A stretch of 64,000 nt of DNA from a bacterium (GTDB lineage Bacteria > Vulcanimicrobiota > JAZDOK01): positions 1,036 through 65,035 of the forward strand of contig JAZDOK010000016.1 in the NCBI GenBank assembly GCA_043798715.1. Direction: 5' to 3'. Positions 1 to 11,103 of the stretch are shown one piece after another. The translations under genes were made by a program, and so were the position numbers. Within the stretch, counting starts at the first letter, position 1. Each line of letters opens with the position of its first letter. The notes under the pieces are model-generated. The model did not search any database, was not told where the DNA came from, and worked only from the letters and a program-made list of their open reading frames with translations.

Positions 1-473
1 GCCAGTCCGAGAGGAAGTTACTGGAAAAGGCGGGCCTGCGCTCCGTCAAGTACCTGCGGGAGATCCGGGTTGATAAATCCGGGATTTATTCCGTGGGCCA
101 GGAGTTAGATGTGGAGATCTTCAAGGTCGGTGAAAAGGTCGACGTGGTGGGCACATCCAAGGGGAAGGGCTTTGCCGGCGGCATGAAGCGCTGGAATTTT
201 CACGGAGGTCCGGCCAGCCATGGTTCCATGACTCACCGCCAGCCGGCCTCGGCCGGCTCCACCTGCGCGGCCAAGGTGATCAAGGGCAAAAAAATGCCCG
301 GCCGTCTGGGCGGCGTCAGGCGCACGGTGCAGGGCCTGGAAATTGTGAAGGTGGATCGGGACAAGAATCTCCTCGTGGTAAGGGGAAACGTTCCCGGCTC
401 CGCCAATTCCCTGGTCATCGTCAGTGAATCGGTAAAAGAAAATAGTAATTTTCCGGACAGAGCCGTCCGGTAG
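1..473 (+). CDS. rplC: 50S ribosomal protein L3 (uL3), 5'-truncated by window edge
   Basis: Frame 3 is open from the window edge. It contains GTSKGKGFAGGMKRWNFHGGPASHGS..HR, typical of uL3, and sits at the head of the S10-operon gene order. Confidence 0.95.
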   Translation, partial: QSERKLLEKAGLRSVKYLREIRVDKSGIYSVGQELDVEIFKVGEKVDVVGTSKGKGFAGGMKRWNFHGGPASHGSMTHRQPASAGSTCAAKVIKGKKMPGRLGGVRRTVQGLEIVKVDRDKNLLVVRGNVPGSANSLVIVSESVKENSNFPDRAVR

Positions 474-485
474 GGAGGAATCCAT

Positions 486-1109
486 ATGCCCAAGGTTTCG
501 TTATATAACGTAGAGGGGAAGGCCCTGGAGGAGATGGATCTTACGGACGCGATCTTCGGCGTCAAAGTGAGCCATGGGACTCTTCACCTGGCCCTTGTGC
601 GGCAACTGGCCAATGCCAGAATGGGAACCGCCTGCACCAAGACCCGCGCCGAGGTCAGAGGCGGAGGCAAGAAGCCCTGGAAGCAGAAGGGGACCGGCCG
701 CGCCCGTCACGGCAGTTCCCGCTCGCCTATATGGAAGGGCGGCGGAGTCACCTTCGGCCCCCGGCCCCGTGATTTCAGCTTTTCGCTTCCGCGGAAGATG
801 CGGCGGCTGGCCCTGCGCTCCGCTTTATCGCTCAGAGCCGGCCAGAAGGGCGTGAGTGTTCTGGAAAACCTCTCATTCGAAAAGCCGTCCACGAAGCAGG
901 TTGTAAAGATGCTGGAGAACCTCAACATCACCGGCAAGGTGCTCATTATTGCAAAGAACATGGAGGAGAATTTCGTCAAGTCCGTCCGGAATCTGCCGGA
1001 GGCCAAGATGATTTCGGTTCACAACCTCAATGTGCACGACCTTCTGAACTACGAGCACCTGCTGATAGAGAAGGAAGCGCTGGCTTCCATGGAGGAGGTT
1101 CTGGTATGA
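486..1109 (+). CDS. rplD: 50S ribosomal protein L4 (uL4)
   Basis: 207-aa ORF containing [19 protein letters not shown], characteristic of uL4. It follows rplC. Confidence 0.96.
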   Translation: MPKVSLYNVEGKALEEMDLTDAIFGVKVSHGTLHLALVRQLANARMGTACTKTRAEVRGGGKKPWKQKGTGRARHGSSRSPIWKGGGVTFGPRPRDFSFSLPRKMRRLALRSALSLRAGQKGVSVLENLSFEKPSTKQVVKMLENLNITGKVLIIAKNMEENFVKSVRNLPEAKMISVHNLNVHDLLNYEHLLIEKEALASMEEVLV

Positions 1110-1408
1110 ACAAGACAGCAAGAGACGTCATCAAGCGGCCCCTCATTACGGAAAAAAGCATGGAGGGGACGACTATGAACAAGTACACCTTCGAGGTGGC
1201 CACCTGGGCCAACAAGATCGAGATTCGCAAGGCCGTTGAAACGATCTTCAAAGTGAAGGTGCTCAAAGTAAACACGCTCAACGTCCCCGGCAAGTTGAAG
1301 CGCTACGGGAAATTCTCGGGGTACACTTCGGACTGGAAGAAGGCCGTTGTGACCCTGAAGGACGGGGATAAGATAGAACTGGGCGGAGTGGAAATCTTCG
1401 CACAGTAA
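1106..1408 (+). CDS. rplW: 50S ribosomal protein L23 (uL23)
   Basis: 100-aa ORF (..[29 protein letters not shown]) with a 4-nt overlap on rplD. Position in the operon is conserved. Confidence 0.95.
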   Translation: MNKTARDVIKRPLITEKSMEGTTMNKYTFEVATWANKIEIRKAVETIFKVKVLKVNTLNVPGKLKRYGKFSGYTSDWKKAVVTLKDGDKIELGGVEIFAQ

Positions 1409-1430
1409 TCGCCTGAAAGGAGTCTTTGTC

Positions 1431-2255
1431 ATGCCGACCAAGAATTTTAAACCGACATCGCCCGGCAGGCGGTTCATGACCGTGGCCGATTTTGAAGAAA
1501 TAACCTGCAGCAGACCAGAGGAGACCCTGCTTCAGCCTCTGAAGAAAAATGCGGGGCGCAACGCCCAGGGACGGGTGACGGTTCGCCATCAGGGCGGCGG
1601 TTCCAAGAGGATGTACCGGAAGATTGACTGGAAAAGGGAAAAGGACGCCGTCCCGGCAAAGGTCTCTTCCATCGAGTACGATCCCAACAGGACGGCGTAC
1701 ATCGCCCTCCTTAACTATGCGGATGGGGAAAAACGGTATATCCTGGCTCCGCTGGGACTCAAGGTAGGGGACAAGGTGGTCGCGGGGGAAGAAGTTGACG
1801 TCAAACCCGGAAACGCGATGCCCATCAAAAGCATCCCCCTCGGGACCCTCATCCACAATATAGAGCTTAAGCCCGGCCGGGGTGCCCAGATGGTGCGCTC
1901 AGCCGGTGCCTCCGCCCAGCTCATGGCCAAGGAGGGTGATTACGCCCACGTGCGTCTTCCTTCCGGCGAGGTTCGCCTGGTCAGCATCAGATGCCGGGCT
2001 ACCATTGGGCAGGTGGGCAACGTGGAGCACGAGAACATAACCATCGGCAAGGCCGGGAGATCCCGCTGGATGGGCAAGCGTCCTTCGGTCAGGGGTGTGG
2101 CCATGAATCCCTGCGATCACCCGCACGGAGGCGGCGAGGCCCGCTCGACACCGGGGCGCCCCTCCACGACTCCCTGGGGTAAGCCGGCTATCGGCTTGAA
2201 GACCAGGAAGCGCAAGCCGGCGGACCGCATGATCGTAAAGAGAAGAAGCAAGTAG
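1431..2255 (+). CDS. rplB: 50S ribosomal protein L2 (uL2)
   Basis: 274-aa ORF with the GRN..GR.T.RH.GGG.K and [12 protein letters not shown]-like ([13 protein letters not shown]) motifs. Confidence 0.97.
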   Translation: MPTKNFKPTSPGRRFMTVADFEEITCSRPEETLLQPLKKNAGRNAQGRVTVRHQGGGSKRMYRKIDWKREKDAVPAKVSSIEYDPNRTAYIALLNYADGEKRYILAPLGLKVGDKVVAGEEVDVKPGNAMPIKSIPLGTLIHNIELKPGRGAQMVRSAGASAQLMAKEGDYAHVRLPSGEVRLVSIRCRATIGQVGNVEHENITIGKAGRSRWMGKRPSVRGVAMNPCDHPHGGGEARSTPGRPSTTPWGKPAIGLKTRKRKPADRMIVKRRSK

Positions 2256-2270
2256 AAGGGGGGGGGTTCT

Positions 2271-2555
2271 TTGTCCAGGTCAGTTAAAAAAGGTCCGTAT
2301 GTGGATGAGAACTTGATGAAAAAAATCAGCAAGATGAATCAGACCGGACAGAAACAGGTCGTTAAGACGTGGGCCAGGGCCTGCACCGTCGTTCCGCAGA
2401 TGGTGGGTCATACCATCGCCATTCACGACGGGAGAAAGCACGTGCCCATCTATATTTCGGAAGAGATGGTGGGTCACAAGATGGGTGAATTCGCTCCCAC
2501 CAGGATTTTCAGAGGACACGGCTCTCATGCGGAGAAAACGACCGCCCTCAAGTAG
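2271..2555 (+). CDS. rpsS: 30S ribosomal protein S19 (uS19)
   Basis: TTG start. [40 protein letters not shown] is canonical uS19. Confidence 0.96.
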   Translation: MSRSVKKGPYVDENLMKKISKMNQTGQKQVVKTWARACTVVPQMVGHTIAIHDGRKHVPIYISEEMVGHKMGEFAPTRIFRGHGSHAEKTTALK

Positions 2556-2576
2556 AGAGCACTCAGGAGGAGAACA

Positions 2577-2951
2577 ATGACCAAGACTAGCGGAGGAGAA
2601 AAAAAGGAAGCCAGGGCGATAGCCAGGTTCGTTAAAATGGCTCCCAGGAAGCTGAGGCTGGTGATGGAAGTGATCCGGGGCAAAGCCGTGCACGACGCCA
2701 TCAATATTCTCAGGTTCACCCCCAAGCGGGCGGCCAGGACCATAGAGAAAGTCTTGAAATCGGCTTTGGCCAATGCTGAGAATAATTTAAGAATGAGTGG
2801 CGACGATCTCTTCGTCTCAGCCGGCTTTGTTGACGGTGGGCCTACCATGAAGCGCTTTACGCCGCGTGCAATGGGACGGGCCAGCAAGATTCACAAGAGG
2901 TCGAGCCACATCACCATCGTCGTTAGGGAGAGAGAGGAGGCGAGTCGCTAA
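2577..2951 (+). CDS. rplV: 50S ribosomal protein L22 (uL22)
   Basis: [32 protein letters not shown] matches uL22. Operon position fits. Confidence 0.95.
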   Translation: MTKTSGGEKKEARAIARFVKMAPRKLRLVMEVIRGKAVHDAINILRFTPKRAARTIEKVLKSALANAENNLRMSGDDLFVSAGFVDGGPTMKRFTPRAMGRASKIHKRSSHITIVVREREEASR

Positions 2952-3632
2952 GTGGGCCAGAAAATACATCCAATCGGTTTAAGGGTCGGCATTATTCGGG
3001 GATGGGATAGTCGCTGGTTTCAGAAGAAACACTACGTGGAATGGCTCCACGAAGATATCATGATCCGCAACTTCATCCGCAAGACGATGAGAAACGCCGG
3101 TTTATCGAGAATCGAGATCGAGCGTGCCGATAAAGTAAATGTCACCATCCAGACAGCCAAGCCGGGAATAGTCATCGGCAAGCGCGGCGCCGGTATTGAG
3201 GATCTTCGCAAGAAGCTCATCGCAATGACCGGAAAAGAGGTCAAGGTAAACGTTCAGGAGGTCAAGCAGCCGGAGCTGGACGCCAGGCTGGTCGCCGAGA
3301 ACATCGTCGAGCAGCTCGAAAAACGGGTGGCCTTCCGACGGGCCATGAAACAGGCCCTGGGCCGCTCCATGCGTGCCGGCGCCAAGGGCATCAAAATCCA
3401 GTGCGGAGGACGTCTGGGCGGCGCTGAAATAGCCCGTTCGGAGCGCACCTTCGAGGGTAAAGTCCCCCTTCACACCCTGCGGGCGGACATAGATTACGCA
3501 ATGGTGGAAGCCTACACTACCTATGGACGCATCGGAGTGAAGGTCTGGATTTACCGTGGCGACATTCTGCCTGCCGGCAAGAAAGAGGCGGCAGAGGCGG
3601 CATCCGACTCCAGAGAGAGGAGGTTTGACTGA
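2952..3632 (+). CDS. rpsC: 30S ribosomal protein S3 (uS3)
   Basis: GTG start. [14 protein letters not shown]...W.S.W and the KH-domain GIVIGKRG motif are present. Confidence 0.97.
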   Translation: MGQKIHPIGLRVGIIRGWDSRWFQKKHYVEWLHEDIMIRNFIRKTMRNAGLSRIEIERADKVNVTIQTAKPGIVIGKRGAGIEDLRKKLIAMTGKEVKVNVQEVKQPELDARLVAENIVEQLEKRVAFRRAMKQALGRSMRAGAKGIKIQCGGRLGGAEIARSERTFEGKVPLHTLRADIDYAMVEAYTTYGRIGVKVWIYRGDILPAGKKEAAEAASDSRERRFD

Positions 3633-4066
3633 TGTTACAGCCGAAGCGGGTGGCCTACCGTAAGGTCCACCGTGGGAAAATGAGAGGCAAAGCGACCAGA
3701 GGCAACACGATTGCCTTCGGGGAGTATGGCATTCAGGCTCTCGAGTGCTGCTGGGTGACCAGCCGTCAGATAGAGGCATCTAGAATCGCCATTACCAGGT
3801 ATATCAAGCGCGGCGGGAAAGTCTGGATCAAGATTTTCCCGGACAAGTCCGTGACGAAGAAGCCTGCCGAGACCCGGATGGGAAGCGGAAAAGGAAATCC
3901 TGAGTTCTGGGTGGCGGTCGTCAAGCCGGGCCGGGTTCTTTTTGAGATTTCCGGCGTCACCGAGGCGGAGGCCCGGGCCGCCATGCGCCTGGCAGCCTTC
4001 AAACTGCCCTTAAGGACACAGTTCCTCATGAGAGAAAAACTAGGTGGTGATGGCAGTGAAAGTTAA
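3632..4066 (+). CDS. rplP: 50S ribosomal protein L16 (uL16)
   Basis: [35 protein letters not shown] is canonical uL16. Confidence 0.97.
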   Translation: MLQPKRVAYRKVHRGKMRGKATRGNTIAFGEYGIQALECCWVTSRQIEASRIAITRYIKRGGKVWIKIFPDKSVTKKPAETRMGSGKGNPEFWVAVVKPGRVLFEISGVTEAEARAAMRLAAFKLPLRTQFLMREKLGGDGSES

Positions 4067-4082
4067 GGAAGCAGTCGGGAAG

Positions 4083-4265
4083 ATGAGAGAGATGACTCCC
4101 GTGGAACTCAAGGACAGACTTAAAGACGTCAAGGAAGAACTCTTTAATCTGAGATTTCAACTGGCGACCGGACATCTGGAGGATTTCACGAAGATCCGCC
4201 AGATTAGAAGGAATATCGCGCGGATTCAAACTGTTCTTAAGGAAAAGGAATTGGGGATTCGCTAA
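4083..4265 (+). CDS. rpmC: 50S ribosomal protein L29 (uL29)
   Basis: [16 protein letters not shown]...[11 protein letters not shown] motif. The ORF is open from 4044; I prefer ATG 4083, which lies after the rplP stop and has AAGGAAG upstream. The start is uncertain. Confidence 0.9.
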   Translation: MREMTPVELKDRLKDVKEELFNLRFQLATGHLEDFTKIRQIRRNIARIQTVLKEKELGIR

Positions 4266-4276
4266 GGAGGAGCCTT

Positions 4277-4534
4277 ATGGAAAAGCGGAGCAGGCGCAAA
4301 ATCAGACTCGGCCGGGTCATCAGCGACAAGATGGATAAGACCGTCGTCGTAGTGGTGGAGAGGCAGTTTTCTCATCCGATTTACGGAAAGATTATCAAAA
4401 GAAGGACCAAATTTAAAGCCCATGATGAGAAGAACGAATGTCATGTGGGCGATACGGTCAAAATCGCTGAGACCAGACCTATGAGCCGCGAGAAACGCTG
4501 GAGGGTCGAGTCGATCGTGGAGAAGTCCAGATAA
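4277..4534 (+). CDS. rpsQ: 30S ribosomal protein S17 (uS17)
   Basis: [18 protein letters not shown]...HP.YGK..KR..KF.AHDE.NEC..GD.V.I.ETRP.S matches uS17. Confidence 0.96.
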   Translation: MEKRSRRKIRLGRVISDKMDKTVVVVVERQFSHPIYGKIIKRRTKFKAHDEKNECHVGDTVKIAETRPMSREKRWRVESIVEKSR

Positions 4535-4547
4535 GGGGGAGATAAGG

Positions 4548-4916
4548 ATGATCCAGCAACAGAGCCGCCTGAAGGTGGCTGATAATTCCGGGGCCAAAGT
4601 GATCATGTGCATCCGGGTGTCCAAGGGATCTCATCATAAATACGCTTATGTTGGGGACGTTATTGTTGCCTCGGTAAAGGTGGCCACCCCGGGCATGCCC
4701 GTCAAGAAGGGCGAAGTGGTCAAGGCGGTCGTGGTCCGGACCAAGAAAAAAATCAGAAGGCCGGACGGCTCCTATATCCGTTTTGACGAGAACGCGGCGG
4801 TTCTGATCAACGACCAGATGAATCCCCGCGGGACCCGGATATTCGGCCCGGTGGCCAGGGAACTGAGGGACAGAGAATTCATGAAAATAGTCTCTTTAGC
4901 GCCTGAAGTTCTATAA
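4548..4916 (+). CDS. rplN: 50S ribosomal protein L14 (uL14)
   Basis: [21 protein letters not shown] is canonical uL14. Confidence 0.97.
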   Translation: MIQQQSRLKVADNSGAKVIMCIRVSKGSHHKYAYVGDVIVASVKVATPGMPVKKGEVVKAVVVRTKKKIRRPDGSYIRFDENAAVLINDQMNPRGTRIFGPVARELRDREFMKIVSLAPEVL

Positions 4917-4933
4917 AGGAGGGTTTTCGGCCT

Positions 4934-5254
4934 GTGAATAAGGTTCATGTCAAAAAAAATGATACCGTCGTCGTGCTGAGCGGTAAGGACAGCGGCAAAA
5001 AGGGAAAAATCCTTAAGGTTATTACGGAGGATATGAAAGTCCTGGTCGAGGGGGTCAACATATCGAAGAGACACACCCGCCCTCGGCCTCCCAAGATTCC
5101 CCAGGGCGGCATACTGGAAAAGGCCCAGCCCATGTCCTCCAGTAATGTTCAACTGGTGTGTCCCAAGTGTTCCAAGCCCACCCGGATTGCGCACAAGCAG
5201 AGCTCCGAGGGTAAGAACGAGAGAGTCTGCAAGCAATGCGGAGAGGTCATCTGA
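4934..5254 (+). CDS. rplX: 50S ribosomal protein L24 (uL24)
   Basis: GTG start, KOW motif [24 protein letters not shown], correct operon position. The C-terminal CPKC..CKQC extension suggests a zinc-ribbon-bearing variant. Confidence 0.93.
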   Translation: MNKVHVKKNDTVVVLSGKDSGKKGKILKVITEDMKVLVEGVNISKRHTRPRPPKIPQGGILEKAQPMSSSNVQLVCPKCSKPTRIAHKQSSEGKNERVCKQCGEVI

Positions 5255-5268
5255 AGGGGGAGACGGTG

Positions 5269-5811
5269 ATGGTCAGATTAAAGGAGAAATATCTCAAGGA
5301 AGTAGTTCCGGCCATGCGGGAGCAGTTTCGCTACAAAAGCGTCATGCAGGTTCCCAGGCTTGAGAAGGTCGTCATAAACATGGGAGTCGGGGAGGCGCTG
5401 GCCAACCCGAAAGTCCTGGATGGGGCCGTCGGCGATATGAAGGCCATCAGCGGCCAGAAGCCGGTGGTGACCAAGGCCAAAAAGTCCATTTCCTCCTTCA
5501 AGCTCAGGGAGGGCATGTCAATCGGGTGCAAGGTGACCTTGAGGGGCGACCGCATGTACACTTTTCTCGACAAGCTCTTCAATGTGGTGCTCCCGAGAAT
5601 CAGGGATTTCCGGGGTCTTTCTCCCAAGTCCTTTGACGGCCGGGGAAATTTCGCCCTGGGAATGAAGGAGCAGATCGTATTCCCCGAGATCGAGTATGAC
5701 AAAGTGGATAAGGTCAGGGGGATGGACGTGGTGATCGTTACGACCGCCAGGAATGACGAAGAGGCGAATCATTTCCTGAAGCTTCTTGGGTGCCCCATAA
5801 GGGAAGGATAG
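5269..5811 (+). CDS. rplE: 50S ribosomal protein L5 (uL5)
   Basis: [14 protein letters not shown].. is a canonical uL5 N-terminus, with GAAGGGGGA as RBS. The ORF-track start at 5236 overlaps rplX and is probably too long. Confidence 0.95.
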   Translation: MVRLKEKYLKEVVPAMREQFRYKSVMQVPRLEKVVINMGVGEALANPKVLDGAVGDMKAISGQKPVVTKAKKSISSFKLREGMSIGCKVTLRGDRMYTFLDKLFNVVLPRIRDFRGLSPKSFDGRGNFALGMKEQIVFPEIEYDKVDKVRGMDVVIVTTARNDEEANHFLKLLGCPIREG

Positions 5812-5820
5812 GAGGATAGC

Positions 5821-6006
5821 ATGGCTAGAAAGGCAATGATTGAGAAATCCAGGAGGAAACCAAGGTTTGCAGTGCGCCAGCACAACCGCTGCAAACTCTG
5901 CGGGAGGCCCAAGGCTTATCTCAGAAGGTTCGGGATGTGCAGGATATGTTTCAGGATGTTGGCACACAGGGGCGAGATCCCGGGCATCACCAAGTCCAGT
6001 TGGTAG
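5821..6006 (+). CDS. rpsN: 30S ribosomal protein S14, zinc-binding type Z (uS14)
   Basis: 61 aa with CKLCGRP....CRIC (a CxxC..CxxC zinc motif) and a short type-Z length. Confidence 0.95.
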   Translation: MARKAMIEKSRRKPRFAVRQHNRCKLCGRPKAYLRRFGMCRICFRMLAHRGEIPGITKSSW

Positions 6007-6031
6007 ATTCAACTCACGAGGAGGGAAAATT

Positions 6032-6430
6032 ATGGGAATGACAGACCCCATTGCCGATATGCTCACCAGGATCAGGAACGCCAATGTCGCCTATCATGAA
6101 CAGGTTGACATCCCGGCGTCCAGGTCGAAGGAGCAGATTGCCAGGGTCCTCAAAAAGGAAGGTTTCGTCCGGGATTTCCAGGTTCTCAACACCGGCGTGC
6201 AGGGCGTTTTGAGGGTCTTCATGAAGTACGGCCCCAACAAGGAGAAGATCCTCCTGGGGATCAAGCGGATCAGCAAGCCCGGTCTACGGGTTTACGTAGG
6301 CAAGGAAGAGATTCCCCGGATTTTCGGAGGGCTGGGCGTGGTGATTATGTCGACCCCCAAGGGCATCATGACGGGCAAACAGGCCAAGATGACCGGAGTC
6401 GGGGGAGAAGTTATCTGTTACGTGTGGTAG
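6032..6430 (+). CDS. rpsH: 30S ribosomal protein S8 (uS8)
   Basis: ATG at 6032 gives [17 protein letters not shown], canonical uS8, with GAGGAGGGA as RBS. The ORF-track start at 5840 runs through rpsN. Confidence 0.96.
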   Translation: MGMTDPIADMLTRIRNANVAYHEQVDIPASRSKEQIARVLKKEGFVRDFQVLNTGVQGVLRVFMKYGPNKEKILLGIKRISKPGLRVYVGKEEIPRIFGGLGVVIMSTPKGIMTGKQAKMTGVGGEVICYVW

Positions 6431-6443
6431 AGGAGGAAGACGC

Positions 6444-6986
6444 ATGTCTCGCATAGGGAAACTCCCAATCGCCGTGCCGCAGGGCGTCGCGGTGACATTC
6501 AAGGAAAACAACAAGGTGACCGTAAAGGGCCCCCTGGGGGAGATGTCACGGGTTTTCAACCCGGAGCTTAAGATCGCCCTCGACGGCGGACAGCTCACGG
6601 TTTCGCCGTTAAGAAATGACCTTCGGAGCCGCGCTCTTCACGGGCTCGGAAGAACGCTTCTCTCCAACATGGTGGAGGGAGTGACTAAAGGGTTTACGAA
6701 GGCCCTGCTTATAAGCGGGGTGGGTTACCGGGCCGCGAAGACGGCTCAGGGACTTCAGATCCAGATCGGGTTTTCCCATCCGGTCAACATAGAGGCGGTG
6801 CCGGGGATTGAGTTTGACGTCGAAGGCACCACCAAGATCATCGTCAAGGGCAAGGACAAGGAGCAGGTGGGGCAGATTGCAGCCAACATCCGCTCCATCA
6901 GGCCGGTCGAGCCCTACAAGGCCAAGGGAATCAAATATGATTTCGAAGTCGTCCGGAAGAAGGCCGGCAAGACGGGCAAGGCATAG
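6444..6986 (+). CDS. rplF: 50S ribosomal protein L6 (uL6)
   Basis: MSRIGKLPI.VP.GV.V......V.VKGP.GE is canonical uL6. Confidence 0.96.
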   Translation: MSRIGKLPIAVPQGVAVTFKENNKVTVKGPLGEMSRVFNPELKIALDGGQLTVSPLRNDLRSRALHGLGRTLLSNMVEGVTKGFTKALLISGVGYRAAKTAQGLQIQIGFSHPVNIEAVPGIEFDVEGTTKIIVKGKDKEQVGQIAANIRSIRPVEPYKAKGIKYDFEVVRKKAGKTGKA

Positions 6987-7002
6987 GAAAGGGGTATGCG
7001 CT

Positions 7003-7371
7003 GTGATTAAGAAGGAAACGCGCCGGATTCTCAGGGGCAAAAGGCATGAGAGGGTGAGGAAGAGCGTCTCCGGCACCCAGGTGAAGCCGCGTCTGGCGGT
7101 GTTCAAAAGCCTGCGCCACGTATATGCCCAGCTCATTGATGACGGGGTCGGCAGGACTCTGGCCTCCGCCTCTTCGCTGGAAAAAGAGCTGGTGAAAGCC
7201 GGTGAGAAGATGAACCAGACGGAGCTGGCCGTGGAAATCGGAAAGCTGATCGCCCGGCGGGCTAAGGAGCTGGGCATCAAGGAAGTGGTCTTTGACAGGG
7301 GCGGAAACAGATACCATGGAAATATTGCCTCTCTGGCCGGAGCCGCCAGAGAGGAAGGTCTGGAATTTTAG
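7003..7371 (+). CDS. rplR: 50S ribosomal protein L18 (uL18)
   Basis: GTG at 7003, after the rplF stop, with GGAAAGGGG upstream. It contains [19 protein letters not shown]...[17 protein letters not shown] and ..VFDRGG..YHG....LA..ARE.GL.F. Confidence 0.94.
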   Translation: MIKKETRRILRGKRHERVRKSVSGTQVKPRLAVFKSLRHVYAQLIDDGVGRTLASASSLEKELVKAGEKMNQTELAVEIGKLIARRAKELGIKEVVFDRGGNRYHGNIASLAGAAREEGLEF

Positions 7372-7386
7372 GAAAGGAGGGCTGTC

Positions 7387-7905
7387 ATGAGGGAGAGATC
7401 GTACAGGAGAGACGCACCGAAAGAAGAACCCGAGTTTAAAGAACAGGTCGTGAAGATTAACAGGGTGGCGAAAGTGGTCAAGGGCGGAAAAAGATTTTCT
7501 TTCAGCGCCCTGATTGTCATAGGAAACGGCAAGGGGCAGGTAGGAGCCGGTCTGGGGAAAGCCGGCGAGGTTCCGGATGCTATCCGCAAGGGCGCGGAGG
7601 AGGCCAAGAAGAACCTGATTACGGTTCCCATCACCGGGACCTCGATTCCGCACGAAGTCTTTGTCAAATTCGGCGCCGCGAAAGTTATGCTCAAACCGGC
7701 GGCGCCAGGCACCGGCGTCATTGCTGGCGGCGCAGTAAGGGCGGTTGTACAGCTCGCCGGAATCAAGGACATCCTGACCAAGTCGCTTGGTTCGGACAAC
7801 GCGATCAACATCGTCTATGCGACGATGAAAGGCCTGGGGATGCTCAGGACTCCCGAGGAAGTCGCCCGAAAAAGAGGTAAAGCGCCCCAGGAGGTCTTTG
7901 CGTAA
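7387..7905 (+). CDS. rpsE: 30S ribosomal protein S5 (uS5)
   Basis: [45 protein letters not shown] is canonical uS5. Confidence 0.97.
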   Translation: MRERSYRRDAPKEEPEFKEQVVKINRVAKVVKGGKRFSFSALIVIGNGKGQVGAGLGKAGEVPDAIRKGAEEAKKNLITVPITGTSIPHEVFVKFGAAKVMLKPAAPGTGVIAGGAVRAVVQLAGIKDILTKSLGSDNAINIVYATMKGLGMLRTPEEVARKRGKAPQEVFA

Positions 7906-7919
7906 GCTTGGAGGATAAT

Positions 7920-8363
7920 ATGATGAAAATGACTGATATCAAGCCGGAACCCGGATCCAGAAAGCGGTCCAAGAGAGTCGGCAGAGGACATGGATGCCAT
8001 GGGAAAACGGCCTGTAAGGGTTCAAAGGGCCAGAATGCCCGCTCCGGCGGAAGCAAGGGGCCGGGATTTGAAGGAGGGCAGACGCCCTGGTATCGCCGCC
8101 TTCCGAAATACAAGGGCTTCAAGAGCCTTGATAAAGAGGTTTTTTCAATCGTGAATCTGGCGTCCCTGGATTGTTTTGAAGCGAACGATGTGGTCACCCC
8201 GGAGACCCTGATGGAGAAGAAGCTCGTCAAGAGCATTGAGAGACCCATCAAACTTCTGGCCAAAGGGGCCCTGGATAAAGCCCTGACAGTGAGGCTTCAC
8301 AAGTTTTCCGGGAAAGCCGTCGAAGCGATTGAGGCGGCGGGAGGAAAGGCTGAGGTGATTTAG
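7920..8363 (+). CDS. rplO: 50S ribosomal protein L15 (uL15)
   Basis: ..KPEPGSRKRSKRVGRGHG.. and GGQTPWYRRLPK.GF are present. The ORF is open from 7908; the ATG at 7920/7923 follows GGAGGA. It comes directly after rpsE with no room for an L30 gene. Confidence 0.94.
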   Translation: MMKMTDIKPEPGSRKRSKRVGRGHGCHGKTACKGSKGQNARSGGSKGPGFEGGQTPWYRRLPKYKGFKSLDKEVFSIVNLASLDCFEANDVVTPETLMEKKLVKSIERPIKLLAKGALDKALTVRLHKFSGKAVEAIEAAGGKAEVI

Positions 8364-9668
8364 TTGGTAGGGACCCTTGCGAACGCCTTTAAGGTAAAGG
8401 AACTGAGAGACAAGATCCTGTACGTCTTTTTTGCTTTCTTCCTCTTTGTTCTGATGGTGCACATCAGTGTTCCGGGCGTCAACCTGACCGCGTGGCACAA
8501 GCTCCTGCAGGAAGGGGCGGTGTTCGCGTTCCTGGGAATGATTACCGGGGGAGCGCTCAATAATTTTTCCATCGGCGCCATGGGAATCACGCCCTACATC
8601 AACGCCTCGATCATCATGCAGCTTCTGACCGTAGTCATTCCGAAGCTTCATGAGATCCAGAAGGAGGGGGGAGATGCCGGCCGGCGCAAGATCTCCCAGT
8701 ACATACGGTTGCTCACCATGGGCCTGGCGATTCTTCAAGCCACTGTGATGGTCATAGGACTGGGCCGCTACAAACCCGAAGGCGAGTCCATATTCCTGAT
8801 TCAGGGACCTCTCTACTACCTGACCGTGATCTTCAGCCTGGTGGCTGGAACCGCTTTCCTCATGTGGCTCGGGGAGCAGATGACGGACAAGGGGGTCGGA
8901 AACGGGGTTTCTCTCATCATCTTCGGAGGGATCGTCCTTCGGTATCCTACCTACCTCTTTCAGACCTTCCAGCTGGCGGGCCTGAAGGGCCCCCGGTATT
9001 TCGTCAACCTCGGATTATTCTTCATCCTGGCCATCATTCTTGTCATGGGAATCATCATGCTGACCCAGGGGCAGAGGAAAGTTCCCGTACAGTACGCCAA
9101 GCGGGTCGTCGGACGCCGGGTCTTCGGCGGCCAGTCCACCTATATTCCAATCCGGGTGAACAATGCAGGCGTCATCTCCATCATCTTTGCCATCTCCATC
9201 CTCTACCTCCCGACGACTTTCGCCCAGTTTATGCGCCCGGAACAGGGCACCTTCCTCTACGGGGTGGTCCAGTTCATAAACACTCTCTTCAGGCCGGACG
9301 GGTGGTTCTATAATCTGGCCTACGCCCTGCTGGTGATCGCCTTTACTTATTTCTACGCCTACATTACTTTCAATGTTATAGATATCGCCGATAACCTCAA
9401 GAAAAACGGGGGATTCATTCCGGGGATCCGTCCCGGAAGGCCGACGGCGGAATATCTGTCGAGAATTCTATCGCGGGTGACTTTCATCGCGGCCATAGCC
9501 TTGGCCGTCATCGCCGTGGCGCCCACCTATGTCATGGCGATGACGAAGGTGACCACTTTTTATCTCGGGAGCACCTCTCTGCTCATTGTGGTCGGGGTGG
9601 CCCTGGACACGATGCAGCAGATTGAGGCGCGCATGCTGATGCGCCACTATCAGGGGATCATGAAATAG
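8364..9668 (+). CDS. secY: preprotein translocase subunit SecY
   Basis: 434-aa polytopic ORF (TTG start) in the conserved spc-operon position. It contains ..GI.PYI.ASII.QLL..V.P and ..GG.IPGIRPG..T..YL. Confidence 0.96.
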   Translation: MVGTLANAFKVKELRDKILYVFFAFFLFVLMVHISVPGVNLTAWHKLLQEGAVFAFLGMITGGALNNFSIGAMGITPYINASIIMQLLTVVIPKLHEIQKEGGDAGRRKISQYIRLLTMGLAILQATVMVIGLGRYKPEGESIFLIQGPLYYLTVIFSLVAGTAFLMWLGEQMTDKGVGNGVSLIIFGGIVLRYPTYLFQTFQLAGLKGPRYFVNLGLFFILAIILVMGIIMLTQGQRKVPVQYAKRVVGRRVFGGQSTYIPIRVNNAGVISIIFAISILYLPTTFAQFMRPEQGTFLYGVVQFINTLFRPDGWFYNLAYALLVIAFTYFYAYITFNVIDIADNLKKNGGFIPGIRPGRPTAEYLSRILSRVTFIAAIALAVIAVAPTYVMAMTKVTTFYLGSTSLLIVVGVALDTMQQIEARMLMRHYQGIMK

Positions 9669-9677
9669 GAGGGCCTT

Positions 9678-10322
9678 ATGAGGATCGTCATGCTCGGCCC
9701 TCCGGGGGCCGGGAAAGGAACTCAGGCGCAGGCCCTTTCGCAGAGTCTGGGTCTGCCCAGGGTTTCGACGGGAGATATCTTCCGCGAGGAAATTCGCCAG
9801 GGCAGCAGTCTGGGTCTTCAGGCGAAGGTTTTTCTCGAAGGCGGCAAGCTGGTCCCGGATGAGATCGTCATCGAGATTGCCAAGAAGCGTCTCGGTGAGG
9901 AAGACTGCCTCCGGGGTTTCATCCTGGATGGTTTTCCCAGGACGGCCGGGCAGGCCCGGGCGCTGGATGCCTGGCTTGAAGGGGAAAAGCTTTCCTTGAA
10001 TACGGTCTTTGACATCCGCGTCTCTCCGGAGGAGGTCGCCAGGCGTCTCGGGGACCGGCGGACCTGCGCCCGTTGCGGGGCCGTCTATCACCTGGTTTAC
10101 AACCCGCCCCGCGAACCGGAGACCTGCGATCTGTGCGGCGGGAAGCTCTATCTTCGGGATGATGATCGCCGCGAAGTCGTCCTCAAAAGGATCGCCGTCT
10201 ACGAGGAGCAGACGAGGCCCCTGGAGGAATACTACCGGGGCCGGGGGATTCTAATCGAGATTGACGGGGAGAAGACAATTAAAGAAGTGGGCGCCGAAAT
10301 TGCGTCTTTGATGGAAGCATAG
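9678..10322 (+). CDS. adk: adenylate kinase (zinc-lid type)
   Basis: P-loop MRIVMLGPPGAGKGTQA and a lid with CARCG...CDLCGG (four Cys). Confidence 0.96.
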   Translation: MRIVMLGPPGAGKGTQAQALSQSLGLPRVSTGDIFREEIRQGSSLGLQAKVFLEGGKLVPDEIVIEIAKKRLGEEDCLRGFILDGFPRTAGQARALDAWLEGEKLSLNTVFDIRVSPEEVARRLGDRRTCARCGAVYHLVYNPPREPETCDLCGGKLYLRDDDRREVVLKRIAVYEEQTRPLEEYYRGRGILIEIDGEKTIKEVGAEIASLMEA

Positions 10323-10325
10323 AAA

Positions 10326-11087
10326 ATGATTGCCATCAAGTCGGATGAGGAAATAGAGATCATGAGGGAGGCGGGACGGATTACGGCCCGGATACTGGAA
10401 GAAATAAAGAAGGCGATCGCTCCCGGTGTGACGACCGGGGAACTGGATCGTCTGGCGGAAGGATTGATCCGGAAGGAGGGCGCAGAGCCGCTCTTCAAGG
10501 GGTACCGGGGTAAATCACGCCGGCCTTTCCCCGCGTCAATTACGGTTTCAATCAACGATGAGGTAGTTCACGGCATCCCGGGGAAGAGAAAACTGTGTTC
10601 AGGAGACATTGTGAGCATCGACATGGGCGTCTCCTGGCGGGGATTTTGCGGTGATTCCGCCTTCACGGCGGCCATCGGGGAAGTTGATAAGCGCAGCAAA
10701 AAGCTGCTTGATGTCACCCGGGAGGCTCTTTACAAAGGGATTGAAAAGGCCAGGGCCGGCAATCACCTGACGGACATATCGAGCGCCGTGCAGGAGCACG
10801 TGGAGAAAAACGGGTTTTCCGTCGTGAGAGACCTGGTAGGGCACGGGATCGGGCGCCAGATGCACGAGGAGCCGCAGATTCCCAATTTCGGCCCGCCCGG
10901 TTTCGGTCCCGTCCTTGAGAAGGGGATGGTTCTGGCGATTGAACCCATGGTCAACATGGGAGGATACAAGGTGCGGTTTCTTTCGGATGATTGGACGGTC
11001 GTGACCGCGGACAAAAGTATTTCCGCTCACTTTGAACATACCGTGGCCGTCTCTGAGAACGGGCCGGTCATCCTGACGCAACAGTAG
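10326..11087 (+). CDS. map: type I methionine aminopeptidase
   Basis: 253 aa with the ...VHGIP......GDIVSID....W.G..GDSA.T and HGIG...HE.P.I.N motifs. Operon position fits. Confidence 0.95.
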   Translation: MIAIKSDEEIEIMREAGRITARILEEIKKAIAPGVTTGELDRLAEGLIRKEGAEPLFKGYRGKSRRPFPASITVSINDEVVHGIPGKRKLCSGDIVSIDMGVSWRGFCGDSAFTAAIGEVDKRSKKLLDVTREALYKGIEKARAGNHLTDISSAVQEHVEKNGFSVVRDLVGHGIGRQMHEEPQIPNFGPPGFGPVLEKGMVLAIEPMVNMGGYKVRFLSDDWTVVTADKSISAHFEHTVAVSENGPVILTQQ

Positions 11088-11103
11088 GAAAGGAGGTGTC
11101 TCA

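Noticed and set aside
5840-6031. N-terminal extensions in the ORF track (rpsH from 5840, rplR from 6808, rplE from 5236, rpsD from 12223, gdhA from 34198, efp to 50366)
   Set aside because: The extensions overlap the preceding gene or RNA. Canonical N-termini with good RBSs occur at the internal starts I have given.
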